A stretch of DNA of 64,000 nucleotides, taken from Octopus sinensis. Lineage: Eukaryota. The notes below the pieces were generated by a model. The model made no database searches and was not told the origin of the DNA. It saw only the letters and a list, made by a program, of their open reading frames with translations. Made by a program: the position numbers and the translations under genes. Positions 12,311 through 23,956 of the stretch are shown one piece after another. Positions within the stretch are counted from its first letter, which is position 1. Each line of letters opens with the position of its first letter. The stretch lies in assembly GCF_006345805.1 (NCBI RefSeq), contig NC_042998.1, positions 207,266,001 through 207,330,000 on the forward strand, read 5' to 3'.

Positions 12311-13084
12311 TCTCTTTTGGTCAGCTCCGATCCTGTGGTTGCAATGCAACTAGTTATTTTCTTTATTTTTTAAAAAGTTTTATGCTGGTGCTACGTGTAA
12401 ATCTCTGCGGATGGTGCCATGTAAATAAAAAAAATAAAACAAGCAGCCCTCTCTGTAAAGTGGTTGGCTTTAGGAAGGGTGTCTAGCCGTAGAAAGTTTC
12501 CCAAAACACAATTGCAGCTCTCTCGCATGCCAGCTCCTGTCAAACCGCCCAACTTACGCCAGTATGGAAAACAGACGTTCAATGATGATGATGATGATGA
12601 TGATGTCCACACACACAAAATATATAATCCCAGCAGTCTGTCTAGCTTAGTCTACCCGCATTGGTCATGTGCTCTCAGCTGTAACCCAATACCAACAAAT
12701 GGTCACTCTAATGACAGCTGTGCCTATCTCACCATGCTTAGTATCAAATGCAAGAATGTGATGTCGCTGGATATACCAAGCTGCAGACTGCCGTCAAGGT
12801 GGCGCCAGTCCTCTACCAACATCTTGTTCGTAACTTGGAAGGTTGTGGACTCTTACTATGGATGTCTTGCCCTAACTTTTTATAACCCCCAACATTGTCT
12901 AGAATATTCGAGCAGGCTGTTTGGTGGAAAGATTCTTGCCTCGTTGGTTACACCCCGGCCGATTTGATTTGCCAAGCCATGTTCACGTTGGTGTTAATCT
13001 CTCTAATGGTGACAAAATTTTATAACTGGCCTTTCCTTTTATGGTAGGTGCCATAGTCCTGAGTTGGGAAACCTAAAGGCAATG

Positions 13085-13490
13085 TTACTATTTTTAAATC
13101 TCACTACGAGAGATATTCAGCAACAGTACTTTGGAGTAGAGATTGTTTGCCAACATAACATGGCAGTCCTGGTTTAGGACGAATGTTGCTGTAATTTAAA
13201 AATAGTAATTTTCTAATTTAGAAATCAGCAACTAGTTGTCACTTTGAAAACTATATATTTCGAAGGGGAATTTGGCAGCGCTACCTCTAACAGAACAATT
13301 ATTCTGTGCTGAAATCACGATACACATATTGTTTTGAGCTGAGAGGGGGTGCTAGATTCCCTTGTTCGAAAATATAAAGACACAGATCCTGTCGTATAGC
13401 CTGCTGGAGACGATGTCTCCTGGGGATAAATCACAGCAATATTCGTCCTGAACCAGGACTGCCATGTTATGTTGACAAACAATCTTTACT
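13085..13490. mobile_element. Foldback element (long inverted arms), partly deleted
   Basis: GATTGTTTGCCAACATAACATGGCAGTCCTGGTTTAGGACGAATGTTGCTG on the left and its reverse complement at 13433-13485; homologous to 21026-21480. Confidence 0.75.
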
Positions 13491-13639
13491 CTAAATGCGA
13501 TGGTTCGGAACCCAGCAGAATCCTAGCTATTTTTTGATACGTCTTTGATCGTGGGTTCACTGGATTAAGGTTAAGCTGGGGCTAAACAACAGCTGTATTA
13601 TTGATTTGGTGGTCAATGATGCATAAATTCTTTTAAAGA

Positions 13640-14015
13640 GACGCGGCAAAATGCTAAGCGGTATTTCGTCTGCCGTTACGTTCTCAGTTCAAATTCCGCC
13701 GAGGTCGACTTTGCCTTTCATCCTTTCGGGGTCGATTAAATAACTACCAGTTACGCACTGGCGTCGATATATTCGACTTAATCCGTTTGTCTGTCCTTGT
13801 TTGCCCTCTCTGTGTTTAGCCCCTTGTGGGTAGTAAAGAAATAGGTATTTTGTCTGTCTTTACGTTCTGAGTTCAAATTCTGCCGAGGTCGACTTTGCCT
13901 TTCATCCTTTCGGGGTCGATTAAATAAGTACCAGTTACGCACTGGGGTCGATGCAATCGACTTAATCCCTTTGTCTGTCCTTGTTTGCCCCCTGTGGGCT
14001 ATAAAGAAAGAAATA
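13640..14015 (+). mobile_element. SINE family C with tandemly duplicated body (2 units)
   Basis: Two consecutive units of TTCTGAGTTCAAATTC..GTCGACTTTGCCTTTCATCC..GTAAAGAAATAGG type. Confidence 0.85.
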
Positions 14016-14759
14016 AGTACTGTGGTATTTATGCTTTTCCCAAAACATTGAAACAACTGCAGCTGAGCTAGAATCGAAACCAAAAGCACTGTATTGCCGA
14101 GTTCCCTTAGATATTAGATATTCTATGCAAAAGTAGTTCTAGGATGACTCTTACGTTCTTCTCCTCCTCCTCACCCATTCCGTTGAGTGGAAATCACGGT
14201 ATTGATGGACGAGAGATGATGTTGGTAGCAGTGGTCATGGTGGCCGTTATTAGTGGTAGCAGTGATGTTGGTAGTGGTTAGAAGAATTATATCTTGTTCT
14301 CTGTATTCTACTCGTTCTCAAGAATTTGGTTGCCTAGGCTTTTGAAAACTGTTAGCTTTAGTGATTAACGTTATAAAAGGAATATTAACAGGGCAATGTT
14401 ACCACACACACACGCGTATGTACGAACACAAAGTGTATTCTTTGACAATAGATATCACTTGAAATGCATTTGAAACTTCATCAATAACAACTCGTGTTGA
14501 CGAACTCAGTCAGTCGCTAACAGATCGTCGGCCATTAACTTCTATTGTACTTACGAGTAGGGAAAAGCATCTCCTTAAAAAAATGGGAAAAAGAGAAAGT
14601 AAAACGCGGCGAAAAGGAGGACAAAGAAGCACAAAGAGAAAACCATTTAAGTTTTTGAGAGAGATACAAAGAAAGCATTAATAGCTAAATGCATTATACG
14701 TTCGTACGTACATACATACATACATACATGCATATATGTATGTATGTATGTGTGTGTGT

Positions 14760-15042
14760 GGAGGCGCAATGGTCCAGTAGTTATGGCAGCGGACTCGCGG
14801 TCGTTGGATCGCGGTTTCGATTCCCAGACCGAGCGTTGTGAGTGTTTATTGAGCGAAAGCACCTATAGCTCCACGAAGTTCCGACAGGGGGTGGTGGTGA
14901 TCCCTGCTGTACTCTTTCACCACAACTTTCTTGTAGGCCTGCTCGCTTAGCCAGCGGGGTGGCGTCATTGAAGGCTAAAAACCAATGCGAACGCATTGTG
15001 ACCAGCGATGTGTAGCAACATTTGATAGCCTGATCGGTCACG

Positions 15043-15045
<3 letters not shown>
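14760..15045 (+). mobile_element. Chimeric SINE: family B head with a different 3' tail
   Basis: B head to about 14930, then a tail resembling the 33693-33960 SINE. Confidence 0.6.
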
Positions 15046-15085
<40 letters not shown>

Positions 15086-15265
15086 ATATAATGCGCTAGC
15101 GTGGTTGTGGTAAGAAGCTTGCTTCTAAATCACATGGTTCCGGGTTCAGTCCTCGGTGCGTGACATCTTTGTTAAGCGTCTTCTACAATAGTAGCCTCGA
15201 CCTGACCAAAGCCTTCTGAGTGGATTTGGTAGACGGAAACTGAAAGAAGCCCGTATGTGACCTCG

Positions 15266-15450
15266 TGTGTACCGTTGGCGATTTTTTTCCCTCTGTCTTC
15301 CCTTCTCTGGATCTTTCCTTCTATGTTTCCGACGAAGAGCTCCGCTCGAAACGTTAAACCTTCCTTCTTTCCTGAGCGTCCAATAATACTATATTTGTTC
15401 CACGTCCTCGCGTTGTTGTGTTCTTTTGTGCTTTCTTGTTTGGATTAACT
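15266..15450 (+). mobile_element. Penelope-like element terminal fragment with a mutated hammerhead (CCGACGA core)
   Basis: Same family as 51333-51522 (-) and 57240-57450 (+); GTTTCCGACGAAGAGCTCCGCTCGAAACGTTAAAC at 15325-15359. Confidence 0.7.
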
Positions 15451-15454
15451 ATAT

Positions 15455-15489
<35 letters not shown>

Positions 15490-15493
<4 letters not shown>

Positions 15494-15718
15494 TAATAGT
15501 TATCGCCAAGCTAATATGACAGTCCAGAAATACAGGACGAATGCTACCGTTGATTAGCTCCAAGAGACCATCGGCCTCTAGCTAGCTATGTGACACACGA
15601 ACTTATGTGCATTATAAACTTCGAACAGGGGAGGTCAGCCACTTCCCCTTGCTGGTCAGGCATCTGCAGACTAGTTTCAGGGTATTTGCCCCTTATCAAT
15701 GCATAGCCGAACCCAGCA

Positions 15719-15722
<4 letters not shown>
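15490..15722 (-). mobile_element. Probable Penelope-like terminal fragment with a degenerate hammerhead
   Basis: Minus strand TGCA-TTGATAA-GGGG caaata CCCT-GAAA-CTAG-TC-TGCA at 15665-15703; two core substitutions. Confidence 0.55.
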
Positions 15723-15754
<32 letters not shown>

Positions 15755-15863
15755 TAAATAAATGGTACAACGAGGTACCGATATTTACTGGAAAATAGCG
15801 ATCGTAATAAATACAACGTTATCGTATAGCTTCACTGAAAAATGAAAAACCTAGAAACGGATA

Positions 15864-15934
15864 ATGCAGGACCGGTTTCAGACTCTTCAAATACGTTTGA
15901 CAACGTAGATTTGATTTGTCTTCATCAGCTGCAT
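15864..15934 (-). ncRNA. Type I hammerhead ribozyme, intact core, extended stem II
   Basis: Minus strand AUGCAG-CUGAUGA-AGAC(..UCAAA..UACGUU guca AACGUA UUUGA..)GUCU-GAAA-CCGG-UC-CUGCAU; all core bases present, 6-bp stem I, palindromic stem III, GUC cleavage triplet. Confidence 0.85.
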
Positions 15935-16049
15935 ATACCTAGACAAAATTTCAAATGTTTCCACATCTATGCCAGTACACTCGTCTTAACGCCAAAACGT
16001 TAACAGAACGAGAACAGTGAAGAAGTTTTAATAAAAATAATATGTGTGT

Positions 16050-18240
16050 GCGTGTGTATTTTCCCCATTTATTTCAATCCTTATATTTCATCAACAATTT
16101 TGACAATGGTAATATATTTTCGTTCATCGTTCATGACATTTTGCCAAAGTTCCACAAACGTGTCATTGCGTTGACGGTAGAAAGCACCGGGTTCTTTCGT
16201 AAGAATTCATCGGGTCACGTTTTCAAATCCACATCGTTGTTGAACGAAACACCCGCCACCCGTCGAAGAGCGGCCGAAAAAAGGAGATAAGATGAAGGTG
16301 CTGTATCAGGAGAACTTACCAACCGAGCTCTTGAATAGCATTTTTGGTCAAATTAATCGATGTGAGGGGAGCGGTGTCGTGTTGAAGAAGCGCGCCACGT
16401 CACCGTTCAAATTATTTGGAGTGGAGTGCCTCGTTAAGCCGGTGCATTAATCTTGAGGTTGTTTTCAGGCGTTTCGTACTGGATTAACCTTTCTCATTTC
16501 CACTTGTCGCATTTTATTGTTTTGTGTGGATGGAATTCTGGCTTGGTTCGAGGTGTTGCCTACTCGGCTATCCTTTCCTCTGATTTATATCCTTTTCTAT
16601 TCTAGGCACCACTTGACAACCGGTATTGGTGTGATAACGTCCCCCGTAACGTAGCAGTTCGGCAAGGGACTGATAGAATGAGTACCAGGGTTAAGAAAAA
16701 TAAGTACAGGAGTCGATTCACTCGATTAGAAGTCCTTCAAAGTGGTGCTCGTGCTAATGTTTCTGGCAGCTCGCCGCCTTCTGGTAAATAAGAATTATTT
16801 TCTACTCTAGGCACAAGGCCCAAAATTTGGGGGAAGGGGTCCACTTGATTAGATCTACCCCAGTACGTAACTGTTACTTAATTTATTGACCCCGAAAGGA
16901 TGAAAGGCAAAGCTGATCTCGGCGGAATTTGAACTCAGAACGTAGCGGCAGACGAAATGCCGCTAAGCATTTCGCCCGACCCGCTAACGTTTCTTATTCT
17001 TTATTGCCCACAAGGGACTAAACATAGAGGGGACAAACAAGGACAGACAGACAGATTAAGTCGATTACATCGATTCCAGTGCTTAACTGGTATTTAATTT
17101 ATCGACCTCGAAAGAATGAAAGGCAAAGTCGACCTCGGCGGAATTTGAACTCAGAACGTAAAGACAGACGATGTCTTGCAAATAACTTGCAAGTGCTACC
17201 AGTCAAAAACTCCGCATACCGGAAGCTAACAAGTGTATGAGTTAACCAGGAGAGAATGCGCGCCTTTTCGGGATCAACCTCTCGACGGTATCAATGTGCC
17301 TCGCTTATATGAGGCCTCGCTTATATGAGGCCTCGCTGATATGAGGTCTCGCTTGCTAGATCAACTGGTTATCAAATGAAGTTCAATATTCTTCTAACCA
17401 TCGCTCATCGTCTCTTTTTAACGAAATCCATTGGCTAGCCTTCTTCACTGTAGTTTGGATATCGGTCATGGTGCGAACGTTCCTGGCAGCTCGCCGCCTT
17501 CAGGTCAATGAGAATTCTTTTCTACTCTAGGCACAAGGCCCGAAATTTTAGGGGAGAGGGGCCAGTCGGTTAGATCGACCCCAGTGCGTAACTAGTACTT
17601 AACTTATCGATCCCGAAAGGATGAAAGGCAAAGTCGACCTCGGCGGAATTTGAGCTCAGAACGTAGCGGCAGACGAAATGCCGCTGAGCATTTCGCCCGG
17701 CGTGATAACGTTTCTGCCAGCTCACCGCCCTTCTTCTGATTTATATCGACGAAAAAGACATTATTTATCATCACTGGTAACGATGTTGTAAATCAAACCT
17801 TTGCGGTCACCTGGTGCCGAGTGACCAAACTTGGCGGTGATAAAGGATCGTTGGAGTTTTTCTTTCCTTCAGAGCGTGTGGTATCCATGCTCCGAGGTTT
17901 TGGAACTTATCCATCGAATGAAGATGACGGGTGGCAGTATCATGAGAGGTTCCTATCTACTGAGTCAATTCCTTAATGGTTCAGTGAGGATCCTCGCAGA
18001 CGTGCTCGTTCAATTGATCCGCGTTGAATTGAACAGGTCGGGTCAGAATGCGGAGAGTCCGTGAGGTCGAAGTCCCTATCTTTGAAACGCGAAAACCATT
18101 TCTGTGCAGAACTTTCAGTAATAGCGTCGTTTCTGTACACGGCGCAAATGTCTCGATGGCTTTGGCAACTTTGGAACCTCTTTTTTTTCTATTCAGTACT
18201 CCATATCTGGAAAGAGATTAAATTTATTCAAATTTCACAA
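16050..18240 (-). mobile_element. Mariner transposase pseudogene split by nested insertions at about 16590-17740
   Basis: N-terminal half 18240-17745 (AQKWFSRFKD..LGAWIPHAL..IVTSDDK) and C-terminal half 16520-16100 (HDTAP..QELGW..APSSY), same strand and correct order; many stops and frameshifts. Confidence 0.7.
16740..17735 (-). mobile_element. Stack of SINE C copies plus a HERO-like fragment (17170-17470)
   Basis: C-variant copies at about 16760-16990 and 17478-17735, C body at 16990-17165; the HERO piece is the reverse complement of 12040-12310. Confidence 0.75.
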
Positions 18241-18449
18241 ATGACAAACAAACAAGCGCTGACCTGGCTGTGCGGTAAGACATTTGTTTCCCAACCATAT
18301 GGCTCAGGTTCAGTCCCACTGCATGGCACTTTGGGCCGCGCAGTGGGACTTGTACTATAGTTTCTGGCCGATCAAAGCGTTGTCAGTGGATTTGGTAGAC
18401 GGAAATTGAAAGAAGCCCATTGTATACATGCATACATACATTTTCTTTT

Positions 18450-18677
18450 CGATTTTTTTTATTTGTTACAGCCGTCTGACTGCGGCCATGCTGGAGCACC
18501 ACCTTGAGTCGAACAAATCGACCCTAGGACATAATCTTTGTAAGTCTAGTACTTTATCAGACTCTTTTACCGAACCGTTAAGTTACGGGGACGTAAACAC
18601 ACCAAAATCGGTTGTCAAGCGATGGTGGGGACAAACACAGACACAAAAACATATACATATATATACACATATGTATG

Positions 18678-18757
<80 letters not shown>

Positions 18758-18925
18758 GACGGGCTTCTTTCAGTTTCCATCTACCTAATCCAATCATAAG
18801 GCTTTGGTCGTCCCGTGGCTATCGGAGAAGACACTTGCCCCAGGTGCCATGTAGTGGGACTGAACAAACGCAGAACCATGTGGTTCGTAAGCAAGCTGTT
18901 TGCCACACAGCCACTCCTGCGCCAT
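18450..18925 (-). mobile_element. SINE family A, full length
   Basis: Ends CCACACAGCCACTCCTGCGCC, the reverse complement of the family A head. Confidence 0.85.
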
Positions 18926-19029
18926 ATATAAGAAAGAAAAAGCAAAGGACCACTGATGAGGTCACAGAAGTGTGATGAAAGAACTCTGGCCGAAATGCAA
19001 TTAATATGAAATAAAGCTGAAGCAAATGA

Positions 19030-19883
19030 ACAGCAACTATATAGTGCGTGTGTTTTCATTGGCTAAACCTGAATGGCTACCCACCATCTTTAGCTAAACA
19101 ACGGCACCTGAAGAACATCAAGGTCAATAAACCCCGGAAGAACCAGCATACTCCCAAGTCCGGCACGTGCTTCCTGAAGCTACCACACTTTGAGGACAGA
19201 ACAACTGTAGCAATACAACACGCAGTCCGCAGGGAAGGACTCGACATACAGGTAGTGCACACCGGCCCTTCTTTAAGAAAAGCTCTGTCCAAGAACAACA
19301 GTTCTGACTACTCTAAGGAGTGTACATTATCGAACTGCCCCATCAATGACTCTGAATTGTGCCAGAGGACCTATGTCGTATATGAGATCATCTGAGGCAA
19401 ATGTGGCACATCCTACATCGGAAGCACGACAAGAAAACTGCATGTACACATTAAGGGACAGATGCAGGCAGACACTTCCGAAGAAGAAACATCTACGGAA
19501 ATGCCAGACCCGGGAATTCACAGTGCACATCAGGGCAACACAGCGGAACAGGGGCAACCTTAGAATCTCTCAGGCCATCCTCATGCATCAAAAGAAACCC
19601 AAGATCAGCAACAGAAGGGAGTTACAGGAAGCTAGCTGGTTGCTATAGCAACACCCTTCTGCGCATGTCCACTCCACACTCGCTCACACATATGCACATC
19701 GGCAACATTCGTCAATTTCTTGAAAATGGTGTCATAACCCCGAAATATTGAATACAAGGTAAGTCTACATTAATTCACATATTTGATTTCTTGTGATTTA
19801 CCTTGCATTTACTTCGCATTGTTTTGGCCTTACCCACGATCTTTTATACAATATATTCTACACAATGCTTCACAGTAATTATT

Positions 19884-19890
<7 letters not shown>
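19030..19890 (+). mobile_element. Penelope-like element 3' remnant: RT thumb, Cys linker, GIY-YIG endonuclease, 3' UTR
   Basis: LNGYP.. then CTLSNCPINDSELC and VVYEII*GKCGTSYIGSTTRKLH (GIY-YIG); 3' UTR matches 45189-45376. Confidence 0.85.
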
Positions 19891-19915
<25 letters not shown>

Positions 19916-20134
19916 GATAAGAAAGTTGGTTTGTGAAAGCACGTGGGTGAATATATAAAAAATAGTAAAGAGTGAAAAAACGACAGAAGGCTTAAATGTT
20001 AAAAAATATATATATTTGCGTCAATATGTCTGAAGAATATTAGAAAATTTTTTAAACAAATTTTTTTCCTTTATAATGACAATTTTTAAAGAAAGACCGG
20101 TTTCGCATTTAGCTTTTCAAATTTCTTGTGACGT

Positions 20135-20169
<35 letters not shown>

Positions 20170-20342
20170 TATATATATACATGTATATATACACATATGT
20201 ATATATCAATATTTGAAGTGCGAGACGAGAAATTTCTTCATATCTCTTAACAATTCTAAATCCCTTGTATGACAGTTTCAAAATATATGAAGCAATAACT
20301 GGCCTCGATAAGCTTTATTTCAATTCACCCCACCCCGACATA

Positions 20343-21697
20343 CAGGGTAATTGGAAAGTAACTCCCTATTTTAAAATACTTATAATTTATTTATTAACTA
20401 CAATTTTTTGTCTCAAATTTGTTGTGTATGTTTTTTTTTATGTTTGGGAATTGATTCTATGTTGTTGTTTTTTCAGATCGATTATTTTGTTTGATCTTTA
20501 GAAGCCCCACAAACATGGTCTGATCCCTTTTAAAATATCCCCTGGAGTGATGAAGCGGTATTCCACATCTTTGGTTTATGAACCATCACAACTACCACTA
20601 CTGGACGGGAGAAGATCCTTGTATCACCCCTGAAAAAATATAGAACTGGCCCAATTTAACGGTATGGTGTGGAATGACTTCGGACAAGATTGTGGGTCTT
20701 TTAAACCTTTGCAGTACCATGAATGCTGAAAGGTACCTCACTATGCGGCAAGAGGAAATCTGGCCACTGATCAATACTTGGAAGAATATTGAAGATTTGG
20801 TTTTTATGCAAGGTGGCGCTCCTCTACATTTTGCTATCGTTGTTCGTGAATGACTGAATGCCAACTTCCCTGGGAGATGGATTGGTCGCCGAGGTCCACA
20901 TGATTGGCCGGGCAGAAGCCCTGATTTAACATCCTGCGATTTTTTGCTTTGTGGTTGGTTAAAGGAACAAGTCTACTCTACCAGACCAACAACTTTGGAA
21001 GAACTTGAAGGGCGAATACGAGAAAATTGCTATTTGTAAATCTCACAATGTGAGATATTCACCGACAGTACTTTGGAGTAAAGATTGTTTGCCAACATAA
21101 CATGGCAGTCCTGGTTTAGGATGAATGTTACTATAATTTAGCCCCAGGAGACATCATCTCCAGCTAACTGTACGACATCATCTGCGTCCTTATACTTTTG
21201 AACAAGGGAATCTAGCACCCCCACTCAGCTCAAAACAATATCTGTGTATCGCAATTTCCTGGTTATTTCCCTTCATCAGCACAGAATAATTGTTCGGCCA
21301 GAGGTGGCGCTGCCAAATTGTTTTGAGCTGAGTGGGGGTGCTAGATTCCCTTGTTAGAAAATATAAGAACACAGATCGTGTCGTATAGCCAGCTGGAGAC
21401 GATGTCTCCTGGGGCTAAATTACAGCAACATTCGTCCTAAACCAGGACTGCCATGTTATGTTGGCAAACAATTTTTACTCCGAATACGAGAAACTATGTC
21501 TTCTACTTCAGAAGAGTTCCTGATGATATCAGATGATGCGGCTTGAGAAGCTGGTGGCGAAAGCTGGTGCCTGGATCGAATTTAAAAGAAGACTCCATGT
21601 TATACGCTTTCTTCACATATTCAATTTTTCTAAATATTATAGTCAATAAATAAATTATAAATATTTTAAAATAGGGAATTACTTTTCAGTCACCATG
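20343..21697 (+). mobile_element. Tc1/mariner DD41D-type transposon, internally deleted and interrupted by a foldback element
   Basis: About 50-bp imperfect TIRs (CAGGGTAATTGGAAAGTAACTCCCTATTTTAAAATA..) after TA; WSDEAVFH, VWCGM, FMQGGAPLH..RWIGRRGPHDWPGRSPDLTSCDFF with 41 residues between the second acidic position (mutated to G) and the third D. Confidence 0.8.
21026..21480. mobile_element. Foldback element with about 165-bp inverted arms and a 13-bp flanking direct repeat
   Basis: Arms at about 21073-21239 and 21318-21482; CGAATACGAGAAA at 21013-21025 and 21481-21493; removing the insert restores ELEGRIRE/TMSS of the host transposase. Confidence 0.8.
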
Positions 21698-23241
21698 TCT
21701 GTATATATATGTGTGTGTGTGTGTATGTGTGTGTATGTGTCTTTGCATCTGTCCCCCCACTAGCACTTGACAACCGGTATTGGTGTGTTTACGTCCCCGT
21801 ACTTAGCGGTTCGGCAAGGAACCGATAGAATGAGTACCAGGCTTTAAAAAAATAAGTACAGGAGTCGATTCACTCGATTCGAAGTTCTTCAAAGTGGTGC
21901 TCCAGCATGGCCGCAGTCTAATGGCTGAAACAAGTGAATTATAAAAGAATAAAAATATAAAAGTCGTAAAAGAAGAATGGAGCTTCAAAAGAAAAAAAAA
22001 AACAAAAAAACAAAACAAACAACCCAGTAAAATTCTTCGATAAAAGTATTTTTCGTGTAAATTCAAATAATTTTGGCAAGAAGCAAACAAATTTAGTTGC
22101 GAAACCAATGCGAAGATTTTGTTGACCATTCTGTTCTCTTATTGTAATCGTCTGAAATAATGTGACTGCCCTGAAAATCATCCATACCCATTACCATACC
22201 AGCTACTTTAAAATCTCGGCTCCCATTGGAGATTCATTTTATAGAATTGCATTTAGATGGACCATTTTCGTGTTAACATAAGATTCTTTGAAATACACAG
22301 AATATGCGATGGAGTTCGATGATTTTCAGCTTCCATTATGCAATAAAAATTCTTTTAAATTTCATAGAGATATGAATCTATAATAATAAAAGAAATTACT
22401 CTTCATCTACTTACAATAATATGCCTTTCAGATAAACTTGCAAAAAGTCCATTAATGATAATAACAGAAAAGGACCTTTCTCTTTGGAATAAATTGCTAA
22501 ATCAAAATTTCGTTTTCTATAGTAATAACGCTGTTACGTTTTCTTCAAGCAAATGTCTTTCTTTCTTTGAAGTGCGAGACGAGAAATTTCTTCATATCTC
22601 TTAACAATTCTAAATCCCTCGTATGACAGTTTCAAAATATATATGAAGCAATAACTGGCCTCGATAAGCTTCATTTCAATTCCTGGCCCCTTAACGAAAT
22701 TATTTACTACCCCTGTTTAGAAGGTCTCATTTAAATACCTACACAAGGTGAGTGACCATTCCAATATCCTTTTAACCTTTCATCACGTGACTGTCCTGTA
22801 TTACAACATGGTTGCCCGCGATCTGTACTGTTCAGGTTCCATCATATATTTAGCCTGACTTTTGGTGAATTACAAGAATGGATTGAAACAATTGTTCCAC
22901 TGAAAAGTATCACCTGGCTAATACAAGAAATATCGACTCTGCATCTTTAACACATTGACCAATTTCTACAGTAAATAGTCCGCTCAATCAACGAACAAGA
23001 CGTATACCACACACACACACCCTTCTCTCCCTCCTCTCTCTACCTATATAGAATAAGGCTTACAAAGAATATGTCTAGGAGTCGATTTCTTCGACTAAAA
23101 GTCGGTGCACTAGCATGGCCGCAGTCAAATGATTGAAACGTGTGTGTGTGTGTGTAAGAAATCGATTTAACGGCGGAACTCGAAGTCGATAAAGCTGTTA
23201 TCAATAACGTGTAAATGTTTCCTCGGATGGAAAAAATCGAA

Positions 23242-23306
23242 TGCTGTTCGTGGGAATCGAAACCACATCTGTAGTCACAACGGATATTCTACTATTGTAC
23301 CAAAGC
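23242..23306 (-). pseudogene. Degenerate tRNA-like sequence (His-like anticodon region), probably a SINE head
   Basis: Minus strand TGGTACAATAGTAG..CGTTGTGACT..GGTTTCGATTCCC; stems incomplete. Confidence 0.3.
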
Positions 23307-23956
23307 AATCCTTTAAATTTCTCCATCCATTTTAAAATCTTTGTTCTCACCAGCGAGAACTGTATGTTGTTTACGTCTAAAGAATTTAGAAACTACAAGA
23401 GAATGAAATAAACCGGTTTTTACAGTGCAACTAGAAGTATATAAAGCTATGACAGTATAATATTATCGCTGGTGAGAGCAAAGCTTATAAAAAGGAGGAT
23501 AATTCGAAGGATTACTTTGGTAAAATGGTTGAACATCTATAATTTTTGCACAATATGTGGGTTCGAGTTCCATGAGCAGTTTTCACCTTTTTCAATCCAA
23601 AGAATTTTTAATCCTAATATTTACACACTATTATTTATAGCATTATCTAATTCGAATTGGAGTTCCACCGTTAAAAGCCATTTCGCGAGATACAGAATTT
23701 CTAAATTCTTATGATGTAAACTATCTATACAAACATACAAACATGCTTGTGGAAGTAGATGCGTTAGGTTCACGACGAATCGCATAGTATAGGGTTGTTG
23801 CTCAGAGTGTATCCGCGTTGAACTCCCTCTGCTGAGTGCTCCGACACAGGAACATGCATACAGTATAGGGGTATTACATAATAAGAAAAGCACATTTAAT
23901 AGGAGGTAAGAACAGGAAGCAAGCTGTTGGCATTTCGCTTATTCAATTCCGATCGT

